From assembly GCF_006345805.1 (NCBI RefSeq), contig NC_043003.1, forward strand, positions 73,470,001 through 73,534,000: a DNA stretch of 64,000 bases, read 5' to 3'. The notes under the pieces were generated by a model. That model did no database searches. It was not told the origin of the DNA and was given only the letters and a program-made list of their open reading frames with translations. Of the stretch, positions 26,527 to 39,700 are shown in pieces (the stretch's first letter is position 1; each line of letters starts with the position of its first letter). A program made the translations under genes and the position numbers. Source of the DNA: Octopus sinensis. Its lineage: Eukaryota.

Positions 26527-26742
26527 AGATACTCTTAAGTTCGACTTAGGGTTAGTATACAAGAATTTTAACTTACATCAACAAATATGTTGAATTCAGC
26601 CCTCACATTCATCATTACGTAATTCAAATTGTTTTAATTTTCCCATAAAATTCTTCAGGAAATGTAGTTTCTTCAACATTTCTCTTGCTCCTCTGACGCT
26701 ATATACATACATATACATACACACACACACGCACACATACAT

Positions 26743-27720
26743 CCTTTATTAAAAAGCAGCGAAATTATCACAAATATTGTTATTCAGAGTTTCACGTTCA
26801 TGTTCGTCGGGCAGTTTTGCTTAGGAAGATTAAATTATATGCAGAAATGCAATTACTTTCATAGCTACACATTTGAAAATAGTTTTGTTTCGTTGGTTCT
26901 TTCAGCTAACGTTCTTTACAATAACCGGTTGCATGAAATAACAATTGCTGTTTAAAACCATATTATTATAAGAATCAAACAAAACCTAAAATCAAAAGTA
27001 TCTTATGTAGAAGGAAAATGACCTGAATACCCAGGGTAAATAATCAGTTGTAAAAATAATAATAAATTAAAAGAAATACCCATTTAAAAATGTTTTTGCA
27101 TTAAAAAATATATACAATTAGCAATACATACACATACCAAACAATCTATAATATACGTATATACATTAAACTTACAGGCGCAGATATATGGTTACATACA
27201 TATACATTATATATAGGCAAAGCATAAATATATACAAATACGTATATATGAATGCACGCACAAACACGTAAACGCGCATAAAACCTCCTGTTATATGCTT
27301 ATATAACTTAGTTGTTACAGGTGAAAGGAAGAAAATGAAAAAAATAATCAGCGAATAACAAGAGGAAGGAGAACGAAAAGGGGGAAAAGAAGATGAAAAG
27401 AAACAGAAAATTAGAGAAAGGGGAAAATAGATAGAGGTAGAGGGTATGAAATGAGTAGGGTTCCTGGAAGTATCTAAGGAAAGTTAGATACTTCGTTGCT
27501 GATTAATAAAAGAGGCGAATTTTTTGCAACAAGGATAGCTAGTTTGCAGTGTTCTCTTATTAAAATTTCTATAGAATCATGTCAAGTATGAAAATTTTTT
27601 AGAAGCTAATTTTAAGAATTCCTTACCTATATTAGTTTTTATGGGAATATTAAATGCGGGGCTAAACCACAAACCTTTCCTAGTTCTAGTTATACCTGGT
27701 CTAATATTGTTACAATTACT
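26743..27720 (-). mobile_element. Old 3' relic of a PLE related to the 41-44.8 kb element, with decayed hammerhead at 26777-26814
   Basis: Ends in ctttatt..gcagc, as 41031 does. ORF 27577-27789 has RKGLWFSPAF..KTNIGKEFLKL, matching KTNIGKEFLRL at ~42.75 kb. Confidence 0.7.
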
Positions 27721-27817
27721 TTGTATATACTGGATCTTCTCATGTATGTATGTATGTATGCATGTATGTATGTATATATATATATGCATATATATTATTT
27801 TCTTTGTATCCTGTTAC

Positions 27818-28155
27818 TTGTTTCAGTCGTTTGATTGGGTCCATGATGGAGCACTGCATTTTTGTCGACTATTCTTTGTAAGCGTGGTAGTTATTCTATA
27901 TATTTTGTCGAACCGCTAAATTACGGGAATGGAAACACACCAAAATTGGTTGTCAAACGATGAAGGTGGAGATAGACAAAACAAAGAAACACAGATGCAT
28001 ATATACATATATGCCGTCTTTCATTTCCGTCTTTCCGATTAAATCACAGAGGCTATAGAACACGACAGTTGCGAAAGGGGCCACGCAGTGAGACTGAACT
28101 CGAAACCGCGTGGCTGTGAAGCACGCTTCTTACCACACACCCACTCCTTCGCCTA
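27818..28155 (-). mobile_element. SINE-like repeat, reverse orientation
   Basis: gaactcgaaaccgcgtgg..gcttcttaccacacaccc..cgccta is the reverse of a tRNA-like head; related text at 54425-54565 and 61570-61720. Confidence 0.65.
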
Positions 28156-28169
28156 TACATATTAACTAC

Positions 28170-29540
28170 CTAGACACTCATCACCTTAGCAGATTCTGCC
28201 TCACCAGATCACAAAGGGAAGGCCACCCACCATCAACTTGGCAGTTAAGAAAAGCACCGTAGAGCGCTGGAGTGGTTAGGTGAAAATAATGATTGCATAT
28301 GCAGTAGAGCCTGCCATATGAATTATCTTGAAGAATCACACCGTAATGTTTAACTGGAGACTATACATGCAGGTTCAAGGTGCATCTATTGGTGTTGGTG
28401 TGGCTGGAGATGTGGCTGGTCTCTTCATGTCCTGGAGGGACACAAAACTTAAACAATCCTCAGCAGAACAGTCCACAACTGTTTTGCTTTACTGTAGTTA
28501 ACATTAATGTTCTAGGTAGGACAAACTCTGCTAACTGTTGTGTAGAAACCGAGAAGCGCATAATAGAGAACATCCAGCACATAGCTACCTCCATCCACCA
28601 AAATATCAAGGTAACTATAAATTACAAAACTAGGCACCCTAACAATAGACTGTCTGTTCTTGATACTGGACTTCGGTTAGAGACTCTGATCAACAGGGTG
28701 AGGCTCCTTCACTCCTATTACACCCAGCTTTGTCACACAACATGAAAATCAACATACTTATAGAGCAGACTTAGTTAGGATAATGAACAACGTGTCCCTC
28801 AATGCGAACCCTTTGAAACAAAGAAACATGTACATAACTTTATGCACTGCATGCGATTTTCTGAATATGACCAGAAATATAGAGTTCGGGTATAAAGGAG
28901 AGCTACAAAGAAGTTAGATAGCGTGATATGTAATGAAATCAGTGGTACCTCCTCTTGATACTGAAGTAAAGACTGGAATAGGAAACACGGAGTTTGTGAC
29001 GAAACAAATAGGGTGAACATATGGCTCAAGGCCGACAAATAACAAAGGGTGATGCTTGTAGAGGCCACAGCCCATGGAAAACTAGACCTAAGGTTTAGAA
29101 GCTCTGAGGCCACATTCAACATTACTGTTGTTGAAAAGCCAAGAACCTCCAGCAGATCACAACTATGTAGGACGTACCCCTTTGAGAATACCACATGCAC
29201 CAACGAGAACTGCATGGCATGTAAGATTAATCCTGACATTAACTGTTGAACTAGAAATGTAGTCTACAGCATAAGGAGATATAGAGGGTGCTTTTAAAGA
29301 CAAGAAGAGGACGTACATTGGTGAGATATCTAGAAGCATGGCATTTGAGGCAATGTGACGACAAAAAACAGTCCTCCATACTCTACCAATGCCAATAACC
29401 AGCATGGAGACATACTGGGTCGACTTGACATTTGCATTTTATTCAAGCACTCGAAGGACCTAGCACTCAGAAAAATACAAGAGTACGTCCTCATAAATGA
29501 AATATCTCTAGTGCTAAATAGGAGATATACATAGAAGGTA
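28170..29540 (+). mobile_element. PLE of a distinct lineage, degraded RT plus C-terminal GIY-YIG
   Basis: KGRPPTIN; LYMQVQGASIGVGVAGDVAGLFM (RT motif-B-like, 28360-28430); SIHQNIKVT..HPNNRLSVLD; VVEKPRTSSRSQLCRTYPFENTTCTNENCMAC; frameshifted VYxI..YIGEIS; KIQEYVLINEI. Confidence 0.8.
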
Positions 29541-29589
29541 GTGATACCCCAATACCCACAGTTTATACATTCACAGGTATATTTGTTAG

Positions 29590-29622
29590 TAGGCTGTTAT
29601 TTAGACGTATATATATATATAT

Positions 29623-29697
<75 letters not shown>

Positions 29698-30190
29698 AGT
29701 AGGTAAATGGGCATGTAAGTAAACAGATATATAAGTAGATAGATTACTACATAGGTAATACAGACATAAAAGCACACACACACGCATATACACACATACC
29801 CTCATGCGTACACAAACGAAGACTGAAACATAACCATATACATACACGCATACATCACACAAACACAAGGACACATATGGAGACGCACATCGATACATAA
29901 CAGACGCACGTACATAGTCACACAAACCCATTGACACATTGACACATTTAAACATCCGCACACAAGGAAACAGTGGTACACACACAGAATTCACACATAC
30001 ACGCGTGCGAAAACACAAACGTGAACAGAAACATATGATTAAGCAGAATTCATACTTGCAAACGTACACATATGCATACATACATGCATACATAAAGACA
30101 TACATGCATACACACATACATACAAACACACATACATACATATGTGTATACACATGCACACTGACGCACACACATGAGCACAAACAAACA
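29590..30190. repeat. (TA)n/(CA)n and degenerate CA-rich tract
   Basis: Direct reading; source of ORF 29563-30195. Confidence 0.9.
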
Positions 30191-30970
30191 AACAATCAAA
30201 ATGAAACCAGCTCCAATAACGGACAGAGGCAACGACTATTGAAGATGTTGCAAGAAGTTACGAAAATTTTAGAAAAAATAAATAAGTGAATGAATGGAGA
30301 TCGAACCGGATGAAGATTAGCGTTTCGCAGCATCACTGAGTATTTTCTGTCTCCGTATTTTTGCTAGTGCTGTTTTGGTATGCTTTTTCACGTAAAACAA
30401 GTTTTCGATTTCTCATTCTCATATTATATCTTTCTTAATTCTTTCAGAATCTAGACACAGTTTCTTTGTTTCAATAGTTTCTTCATTTAGCTGCTTAACC
30501 CAACAAGTAGGAGCTGTTTCTTAAAAAAAGATTTCATTTATATCATGCCTGTTCCATTAACTCTAAATTACTATGTGTTTACTTTCTCTCTCTCTATTAC
30601 GTACGTATATACATACACACTTCTGTGCAAACACACACACATACACAAAGTCAAATTGTGCAACAGAATCAAGTATATAATGTAAATATTGCCAACACCA
30701 TGTACTTAACGCATGCGTGTTGTTTAAACGCCAGAATATGTCGGTTTTCGTCCGGAAGCATTCCCCTTAAAGACGAATTATGTTAAAAGAGCATTATATA
30801 GTTCATTCAAGACTAAGCGAAACAAAATCATTTCCGAAGCGGTCACGAGAGGGGCAAATATTTTATCTGCCGCTCTCATGCTCACTTCTGTAGCGGTTTC
30901 GTTTCACGTAGCTTTGAGGTAGAGAGTGATGAAAACAGTAATTTGAACTGTCTAATGTTTCCTTTTTTAG

Positions 30971-31124
30971 CGTTGTGAAACGAAATGGTAGTTATCTTAA
31001 CGTAACACGAACATACAGCCTGAAGAATTACTGGAAATAGTGACAAATTCAAGGAATCTGATTCAGTGAAGAACGCTCAGAAATCCATGCATCCACGAAC
31101 TCTTACCACAGACAATTATGAGAT
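30971..31124 (+). other. Candidate host exon (unverified)
   Basis: Preceded by ctaatgtttccttttttag and followed by gtaagt; ATG at 31087 opens MHPRTLTTDNYE. Confidence 0.3.
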
Positions 31125-31169
31125 GTAAGTAGTATTGATAGTACTGAATAGCCTTAACTACTATAACAG

Positions 31170-31220
<51 letters not shown>

Positions 31221-31331
31221 GTGTGTGCGTGTGTGTGTGTTTGTTATTGAATACGAGATAATCACCGAGTTATATTTTTTGTATTGGTTTAATTGTATAC
31301 TTTGCTGAGTTTCGAATTATAATTTTCCCAG

Positions 31332-31414
31332 ACTAGACGTATTTGTGACTTCCTCGACCACCCCTACTGCTTCAAACATTGTGAATAGCGCTTTGTTGTC
31401 ACGTTTTGTCTTAG
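31332..31414 (+). other. Candidate host exon (unverified), phase-compatible with 30971-31124
   Basis: ttttcccag acceptor and gtaaaa donor; only the phase-2 frame is open (I-LDVFVTSSTTPTASNIVNSALLSRFVL-G). Confidence 0.3.
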
Positions 31415-31939
31415 GTAAAAAGCGAGAATAATAAAAGTGATGTAGATAATGTAAATATCATCACCGGATAAAATATTAAGTGGTAAATTCTGATTAATTT
31501 CATACTTTCTGACAATGATGTATATCATTGTGTTCATGTTTGCTTTGAATACCACTATCAGTAATAATTTCAATGCCAATCTTTTAGTTCTTTTGTAATG
31601 TTCTATATAAGAGAGTAGAGCCATTAACTCGTTTTCTATCAAGTTGACTTTGTGCTTTTTACTAAATAATGATATGTTTCGTCCGTTTTGCTATATATGA
31701 TAAACCGAGAAAACATCCTAAGTATTTAGGAAAGCAAGGGATTGCTTTTCAATGAAGCTATGACAATTTCATGAGAAAGTTTCGTCTCCATTATAATAGG
31801 TATGAAAATAAAAAAAAGCTCTTTCACATATACTTCTACAGATATAAATAGGACACACACACACACGGACACACACACATATACATATATACATACATTA
31901 TACATACATACATAAATACATACATATATACATGTAAGA

Positions 31940-32500
31940 ACCCACAGTATGGTAGAAGCCATCGCCACTCATATTAAAAAAGAGTACTGGTGGAATGTCC
32001 CTGCGAAAACCTCAATAAAATGTAAACGCAATAAACCTGATATAATGATTTGGGATAGAAAAGAGACATTGTGTAGAGTTGTGGACATCAGCTGCCCCAT
32101 GAATGTTAACATAAAGCTGTGAAAAAAGAGAACAATGCTGAACTATTGAGAAATTTGCAGTTATTCTATCCAGATTACAAGTTTAAGTTTCTACCTATAA
32201 TTATTGGAGTACTGGGATATGTAACACATTGTCTAACTCCCAATCTTGAGAAATTAGGCTTCTCAAAGCCAGAAAGGAGGAAGTTGGTTCGAAGACTACA
32301 GATCCAAGCCATCACTGGAACTGAAACAAGCTGTAAAACTTTCCAGAAGTTTACTATTTAAGTATAAATGAGTATGTATGTCTAGATATGCAACTATATG
32401 CGTGAGAATATACATATAAAACAAAACATACAAATCACCAATTATAAATACTTACAAAAATACCTGTTGATGTTGAAATTCCAATGAAGGAGCCTTGCAT
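31940..32500 (+). mobile_element. RLE LINE (R4-like) 3' fragment
   Basis: YWWNVP..NKPDIMIWD..VVDISCP followed by ORF 32119-32361 (FLPIIIGVLGYV..GTETSCKTF). Confidence 0.82.
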
Positions 32501-32863
32501 ATTGTTAGAAACCGACCCCTTCTTTATATTCAACAAATCTTGAAATAAAACTGAATGATGACATGCATGCATACATATATACATACACATGCACGTACGC
32601 ACACATCCATACACAGATATTTATACAAACATGTGTTTGTATTCGTGTATATTTATGTATTCAAAATATACTCTCGTATATACGTGTATGACTGTGTTCT
32701 TGCGTTTGTGTGTGAACGCGCGTGCAACATTTATCTGCAGGTTTCAGTAGTCTGTAGTGTTTTGAAAAGATCAAAGAAAAGAAAGGAAAAGGAAAGAAGA
32801 CAACTTATTCCCGGATAAGTGACCTCACTACAAAAAACGACGGAAAAGTCGATATGTTACATA

Positions 32864-33938
32864 TATTGGGTTGATCTATAAATAATTCCCGCTTTTTGGA
32901 AGTAAATTGTAATGACACATTTCGAACTAGAAACGTTTAAAATTGAAATGGAAGCTACCGTTTCTAAAAGAACCTAATCTGCCATTCGTATTTAAGCAGT
33001 GGAAGTGTGCACACCAGTTTAATACTAAATTTCACTCCCCTAAAATGGATGAACTGGAAGTGCATATTCAAAATGTGATGTGAGAGTTGAAGAATGGAAA
33101 AACACACCAAGAAAAACAGCTCAGAAAATATGCAGTATTTATGGCCAAAATGTCACTACTGACCAGCAAGTGCGAAATTGGCTTTCAAAGTTTCACTCCA
33201 GAGATTTGTCCTTGAGATGACGCTCATCTGACTTCACATCACGATGCTTACCAAGATATTTTTTAAGAGAATTAGTGGAATTCAATCCTTGTGAAAGTAC
33301 TAGGGAATTAGCAGTTAACCTAAGCATATCCCAGTCTACCATCTGCCGCCACTTAGAAAAGATAGGAAAAGTCAGCAATCTGGATGTTTGGATTCCACAT
33401 AAACTTAGCGAGAAGAAGAGCGACGATCTCATGTCCATAGGGACAAGTCTTCTTTCAAGATAGAAAAGTGACCCGTTTCTCAATAATATCATCACAGGTG
33501 ATGGAAAATGGGTCTTTTATGACAATGCTCAATGCAAAATGCAGTGGACTGCCAAGGATAAATCTCCACAACTTATGTCACAGGCTGAGCTCTATGGAAG
33601 AGAAGTTATGCTTTGTGTATGGTAGAATCTCAACAGTATTATCCATTTTTAGTTTTTAAAATGTAATCAAACACTAAAGCTGACATATACTCCCAAAAGG
33701 TGCAACATGCGCATCAAAACCGTTTAAGAAACTGCCCTACACTCATCAATAGGAGAAATATTATTATTAGGCCAGCAGAATTTTCCTCGAGAGGAATAAA
33801 AAAACTACCTGGTAAATGGCAGAGGTCATTTAAAATAATGACAAATATACTTATACTTGCAGATAATTTATTGTAGATATCGTTTCATGAGTAACGGTAT
33901 TTAACAAAATCGGAAATTATTTATGTCTCCACCGAATA
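32864..33938 (+). mobile_element. mariner-family transposon, degraded and internally deleted
   Basis: Imperfect TIRs (tattgggttgatctataaataattcccgctttttg versus caaaatcggaaattatttatgtctccaccgaata). STRELA..ISQSTICRHL..WIPHKL; ITGDGKWVFYDN; KVMLCVW. The sequence jumps from RRNIII to EFFLE-like text, so the final catalytic Asp region appears deleted. Confidence 0.88.
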
Positions 33939-34058
33939 GGAGATTTATTTGCCGCTACGTCGTCACAAGCATCCACGATATATTTATTTGTATTAGAGTT
34001 TATTATGTATGGCATTCAGTACATTGCACTTTGATATATGTATATATGAGTACATGTG

Positions 34059-34099
<41 letters not shown>

Positions 34100-34794
34100 T
34101 ATATTTACCCATGCATACACACATACACGCACATGTACCATATGTATGTATACGAATATATGTATTTGTATGCATATATCAAAAATGAATCCTTATCAAT
34201 GAAGTTGGGCCCCTATGAAATAATGGAAGACCTTAACATGGATTGTATTTCTAATATCTATCACCGGCTTTATCGGTTGTACTGTGACGCTGATTTGACT
34301 TCTAAAATTGCGTTAATTTTACACGAGTCTGCGCAGTCATTATTCATTTAGACATTAACGTATAGAGTTCAATCGATCAGTCAACTGTTTGCCCATCGCA
34401 GACACCTACGCAGGATCCATTATATAACATATATAATCAATATGAAGAAAGTACATGAGATGGTTTCGAGAGAATAGCAGATAAAAATACAGATAAAACT
34501 ATATTTATTGTATACGGTCGCCAGGCTGACAAATATTTATGTTTACTAAACATTCCAGTACATTGATGAAATCAAAGCTTAATGGACGGACTAGGTTGAA
34601 AACAATGTGTGATTAAATCGATACCTGTCAGTTCATATGATTTAGAGTGGGCGAAAGATTTATTGCTAGACACAGAGATAGATAGTACGATAAACGCAAA
34701 TGCTGACACGTCACTCTTGGTATGTATATGGATTCGGACATTTCTTTATAGCATCTATTTCTAAGGATAAACTAATTGTGCATGGTATACTATT

Positions 34795-34798
<4 letters not shown>

Positions 34799-34839
<41 letters not shown>

Positions 34840-34921
34840 GGATACATATATATATATATATATATATATAAATCCATGTACGAATATATAAATGATAATG
34901 ATATACACATATCTGTCTGTC

Positions 34922-34980
<59 letters not shown>

Positions 34981-35021
34981 TTATCTATCTATCTATATAT
35001 ATTTACCTTTCTCTCTCTCTC

Positions 35022-35062
<41 letters not shown>

Positions 35063-35145
35063 CTAGCTAGATAGATAGATGTCTGACCGGCTGGCTGGCT
35101 GGATGGGTGGATGAATGGATGTTTGGATGGATGGATTGATGGATG
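34799..35145. repeat. Compound (TC)n/(TA)n/(TCTA)n/(GGAT)n microsatellites
   Basis: Direct reading. Confidence 0.9.
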
Positions 35146-36206
35146 GGTAACCAGCAAGATAGATAAAAAGAATATCAGACACAATATGATGGCATGCTAT
35201 TTTATGTGGATAATATGACTACTAATCTTTCAAATCTTTATATCAAATCTCAGCAGTTCTTCTATTTTTCTTGTCTTCTATTCTTCTCCTCTGCTTCTCC
35301 CCAACGTTTCTCACCCATCGAGTACAGACCATTTCTCTAGAATCTAGTGTCGAGATTAATCCCTCAGAAAGTATTTATGAAACACACATATGCCTACTTA
35401 TTTTCCTGACCCTCACACGTTTATTACCTCTCACCTTTTCCCGGCAGTGAGGCAATACTAAACCCTCCAACCTATGTTTCCACCTCGGTTTTACAATCAT
35501 CTCACCCCTAAGTCCTGAGTATATTTCATCTATATATCTTCCTCTTTAGGATTGGACCTTTAATACATTTGCCTCTATTTTTGATACGTTTTCCTACCAC
35601 TGTAACTCTAACGATTATCCTTCTGATGATGGAATAATTTACCAGTAAATAACATTAGTGCAGTCAACATGCCTAGAACGGCGCCATTTTGTCAAACGTT
35701 CCGGAAGCAGTTTTAAAGGACAACTTGCTCTCATTTCCCCCCATCAATTCCAAGATTTTACCCAGGGCATCATTGATCTGCTTACTATGCTTCCGCAAAA
35801 CTAAGGATTTCTACTTCACTTGGTCCTGGAATGCACTAATCTACATTTGAACTATAACGAACATTTTACATTCCCGACCATTCCTTTATTCATAATTGTA
35901 TTTCAGACCAGTATGATATGTAAGCATAAATACATTATAAACTGACCTGAAACCTGTTGATTGCCTGTTTACACGCTTCCTCTGTTAAACATATGCCATC
36001 TTCAATGACACGTTGTCAATAAGCAATTTTCATTTAGACAGTTATCATAACCCCGCACTCAAAGCTGGGGTTTAGGGTCAAACTCGACCTGAGGACGCAT
36101 TGTATGTTTCTATGCTTCCATATATAAGCCCCTCCTTCTGAAGGCCCTAACACACCAGCATTAGTGACCTTGACATCAGAATTATCATGAATGCCAGGAA
36201 GTCAAT

Positions 36207-36440
36207 TCTTATTTCTTTATTGCCCACAAGGAGATAAACATAGAGGAGACAAACAAGGACAGACAAATGGGTTAAGTCGATTATATCGATCCCAGTGCGT
36301 AACTGGTACTTAATTTATCGACCTCCAAGGGATGAAAGGCAAAGTCAACCTCGGCGAAATTTTAACTCAGAACTTAATGGCAGGCGAAATACCACTAAGC
36401 ATTTCTCCCAGCGTGCTAACGTTTCTGCCAGCTCGCCGCC
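36207..36440 (-). mobile_element. Octopus-type tRNA-derived SINE, near full length
   Basis: Reverse complement begins ggcggcgagctggcagaaacgttagcacgc..gttctgagttaaaatttcgcc. Confidence 0.85.
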
Positions 36441-36459
36441 TTAATTTTGGCCTACGACG

Positions 36460-37370
36460 ATTCCTTTTGGGGAAAAAAAGAAGGCGACCCATTGTCCGAC
36501 GTCTCTATGGGGAGCTTTGCATCACCGACCTCGTAGGGTTATGCATCTTGGATACCCTAAGGTACGTACCCACCTACATAGGTCGCCCTCTATAGGGACG
36601 ACGGCCTGGCTAACTCAAGTCATATGAACGGTCACACTCTGGACAGGTTCTGGGAAGACTTGACAAAAGTATTTAAGGAGTTCGGCGTGTGCATAATGGT
36701 AACCACCAACCTGACTATTGTCGATTTCTTGGACGTAACCTTAGACCTCGGTACTAGGAATTATTACCCGTACAACAAGCCTAATCTGGATACAGTATAT
36801 ATCCACAAGAGCGCAAAAATACCTCCGCTGTAATTAGAAGCCTGGTACCAGGCATTAGAAAACGCCTATCTAATCCCTCTGCCGCTTACCACCTCAACAA
36901 TGCTTTGGCTAGGAGCAGGTTTGCTAAGAATCTCACGTATGTAGACAACCCCCAAACACCCTCTCCTCACCCCCAAAAGGATTAGGAGAAGGAAAATTAT
37001 ATGGTATAACCCTCTTTTTAACCGAGAAGCTTCAACCAACATAGCTAGGCACTTCCTTTTGTTAATTACGAAACACTTCCCCACAGGCAATAAGTGTTAC
37101 AAACTCTTCAATCCCCATAATGTCAAAGTAATCTACTCCTGATTAGACAGCATCGCATCTAACATAGCACGCTTCAATTGATGTAAAAATGCGCCCAATC
37201 CACCCAGCCCCAACCTGCAACTGCCAAAACCCTACCATGTGCCCTCTAAAAGGATCTCGTCTCTCAAGGGCTGTCCTTAATGACCTTAAGGGAAGATACT
37301 CCTAGCATATACACTCGTTCAGATCAAGGGACAGAGATTCCGTGGTGTCCGAAATGAAATACCCGGCATC
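36460..37370 (+). mobile_element. PLE RT-to-linker fragment, same broad lineage as the 41-44.8 kb element
   Basis: DVSMGSF..ITDLVGLCIL; LYRDDGLA (~36590); TNLTIVDFLDVTLDL..YPYNKPN; KIIWYNPLFN..TNIARHFL; CNCQNP..CPLKG. Confidence 0.85.
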
Positions 37371-38159
37371 CGTTGGACTATTGTGTGTATATTTATATTC
37401 GCTACGAGGGACGGAGATGTATTTGTTGCGAATATCAATCTGCCCATTTTATGTAGCGTGTATTTACTAGAGAAAACTACAAAACTTCAGTATTAATCTT
37501 GAGATGGCAACAATTATAGACATACAATATTAAAAAAAATATAGACGTATATCAGTAGCAGAGGAGAATACTGCAGTAGTGCTAATAGAATTGATAAATC
37601 CCGGGATTTCTGCGTATTTGTCGTTATCTGTAACATATATTTTGTTTCCTATGATAGAGAAAAAGAAACCGCGTTAAATATATCACTCGTTTCACAAATA
37701 ATTGGTGAGCAGGGTGAAAATTCTTTATGGACGATGGAAGTCGGATTGGTTCTCAACAGCATTCATTTTCATACTCCGATTTTATACGAGATGGTTTCTC
37801 AAAAGGAATATTGTTGATTTGTGGTTTGGCTTTTATATTATATTCCCCTTTAATTATATATACGAGATGCTATTCTGAACTAATACTGCTTAAATTAGGA
37901 ATGAGAAATTCAAGCATGTGCTCTTCACAGAAATCCACAAACGAAACAGATCTGTAATATTTCTAAAAAGCTACTTCAACTGTTGCAAACTACTAATATC
38001 GTAGAAAATTTATTCTATAGAAAGCTATAAATATATCTACAAAGGAATATGCATTTTAACTGGTCTGCTATGCAGCAATAACCTTATATATTGACTTGTA
38101 AAAAAAAAATTAAAAAAAATATTGTCCTGTTACACACACACACATATATATTATATATA

Positions 38160-38540
38160 TAGGTAAACAGTAAAAATAATTACAGACATGGACAAGAACA
38201 TGAAACAACACAGAGACGACACAATAACCACAGGACGGGACATTCGAAGCCCTCAGTCATCAGTCAAGAACAGATCATCTTAGCAATTTCGGCTGATTAA
38301 TCTTGAGATTGCTCCGCTATGCCAGCCCGCCAAGGGAAATCTAAGCCAAGCGCATTAGATCCCCTGGAAGAAAGCTTCGAATGTATACAACACGAGGACG
38401 GAAAACGAACGAATACACGAACAAAAATACAGAATACGTGACACCAATAGAATACAAAACGTAAAAACAATAACGGTAAATAAAAATAACAACAAAACAA
38501 AACCAGGACGTAGGACAAGGGTCTTTCGACAGGACGAGTT
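38160..38540. repeat. Unclassified interspersed repeat (possible PLE terminal-repeat derivative)
   Basis: GC-richer complex block between (TA)n tracts; contains two oppositely oriented GCTTCGAATGT motifs. Confidence 0.5.
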
Positions 38541-38647
38541 GAGTATGGGGCTGGCTTGTGAAGTTGTGCCTAATGGCCGCGGGGAGACGAACAAATACGT
38601 GTTGCTTATATATATAATATATATATACATACATATATACATTATAC

Positions 38648-38704
<57 letters not shown>

Positions 38705-39454
38705 ATATATAATATTATTATTGTATATTCATGTGCATAATTTCTATGTATCTATCTCTATGACACTCTTTCTGTAAGTTCATCTGTCAATCTATGTATA
38801 TATTTTTCGACGTTTTCAAGTGTTTGAATTTATTTCATTAATATTCATTATGCTGATGAATGCCACAATTCTATTTAACTATTTTTCTAGTTCTGTGGGC
38901 TACTATAGTTTTAAGTATTTGCTTGTGTTTTTTTTTAAAGAAATGTACATTTAAATCTTATAGTAAATGATAGTGTGCATCTATTTTACATAGTTACGCT
39001 CCGTCTGTATTTTGACATAAATATAAAAGAAATTACAAATGAGGAAGATTAAAATTACGTTACGTTCATTTCATCCGATTTGTAATTCAAGTCATTTGAA
39101 GCGTTGCTCTATAAAATATTTTAATTTTGTGTATATGTAAGGTAGTTTCAAGGTTGAGAGCTATCTTTGTAGAAGATAAACAAGGAAGCAAGACGTGAGT
39201 TCATACTGCAATACAAGAACCGATCCATTGACTAATAGCTTAGTTTTCATATAAGTTGCCTGATGTTAATTTTAAATTATGTACTCCAATTTTATACTTC
39301 TCAATATTCCAACTTATTCTTCACTAATTTCCAGAAATTGTAGCATGATGGCTAAAACTATATCAGGGGAAATTACTTGCGTTCAACACACACGTGCGAG
39401 CGAAAGAGCGAGAAAGAGAAAAAGAGAGATAGAGAGGGAGCGTATATATATGAG

Positions 39455-39465
39455 TGTGTGCATAT

Positions 39466-39519
<54 letters not shown>

Positions 39520-39586
39520 CATTATACCTTTGTACACACACGCACATACGTATATATATATATATATATACAAATATACATATATG

Positions 39587-39635
<49 letters not shown>

Positions 39636-39700
39636 ATATATATACATATACATAATTACATACATACATACAAACGTATCCATCTATCTATATATACATA
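39455..39700. repeat. (TA)n-rich microsatellite region
   Basis: Direct reading; a similar tract lies at 40140-40345. Confidence 0.92.

Noticed and set aside
30236-30273. TTGAAGA..GTTAC-GAAA hammerhead-like text downstream of the 28-29.5 kb PLE
   Set aside because: C3, stem III and the cleavage triplet are all non-canonical; too decayed to call.
35618-35655. CTGATGA-TGG..CCA-GTAAA hammerhead-like text
   Set aside because: No GAAA box or stem I/III; possibly an old PLE tail but not supportable.
35673-35710. GGCGCCATTTT plus CCGGAAG (YY1/ETS-like) as a promoter
   Set aside because: Short motifs only, with no linked exon evidence.
37727-37957. 76-aa ORF with a hydrophobic stretch
   Set aside because: No recognisable homology or convincing splice context.
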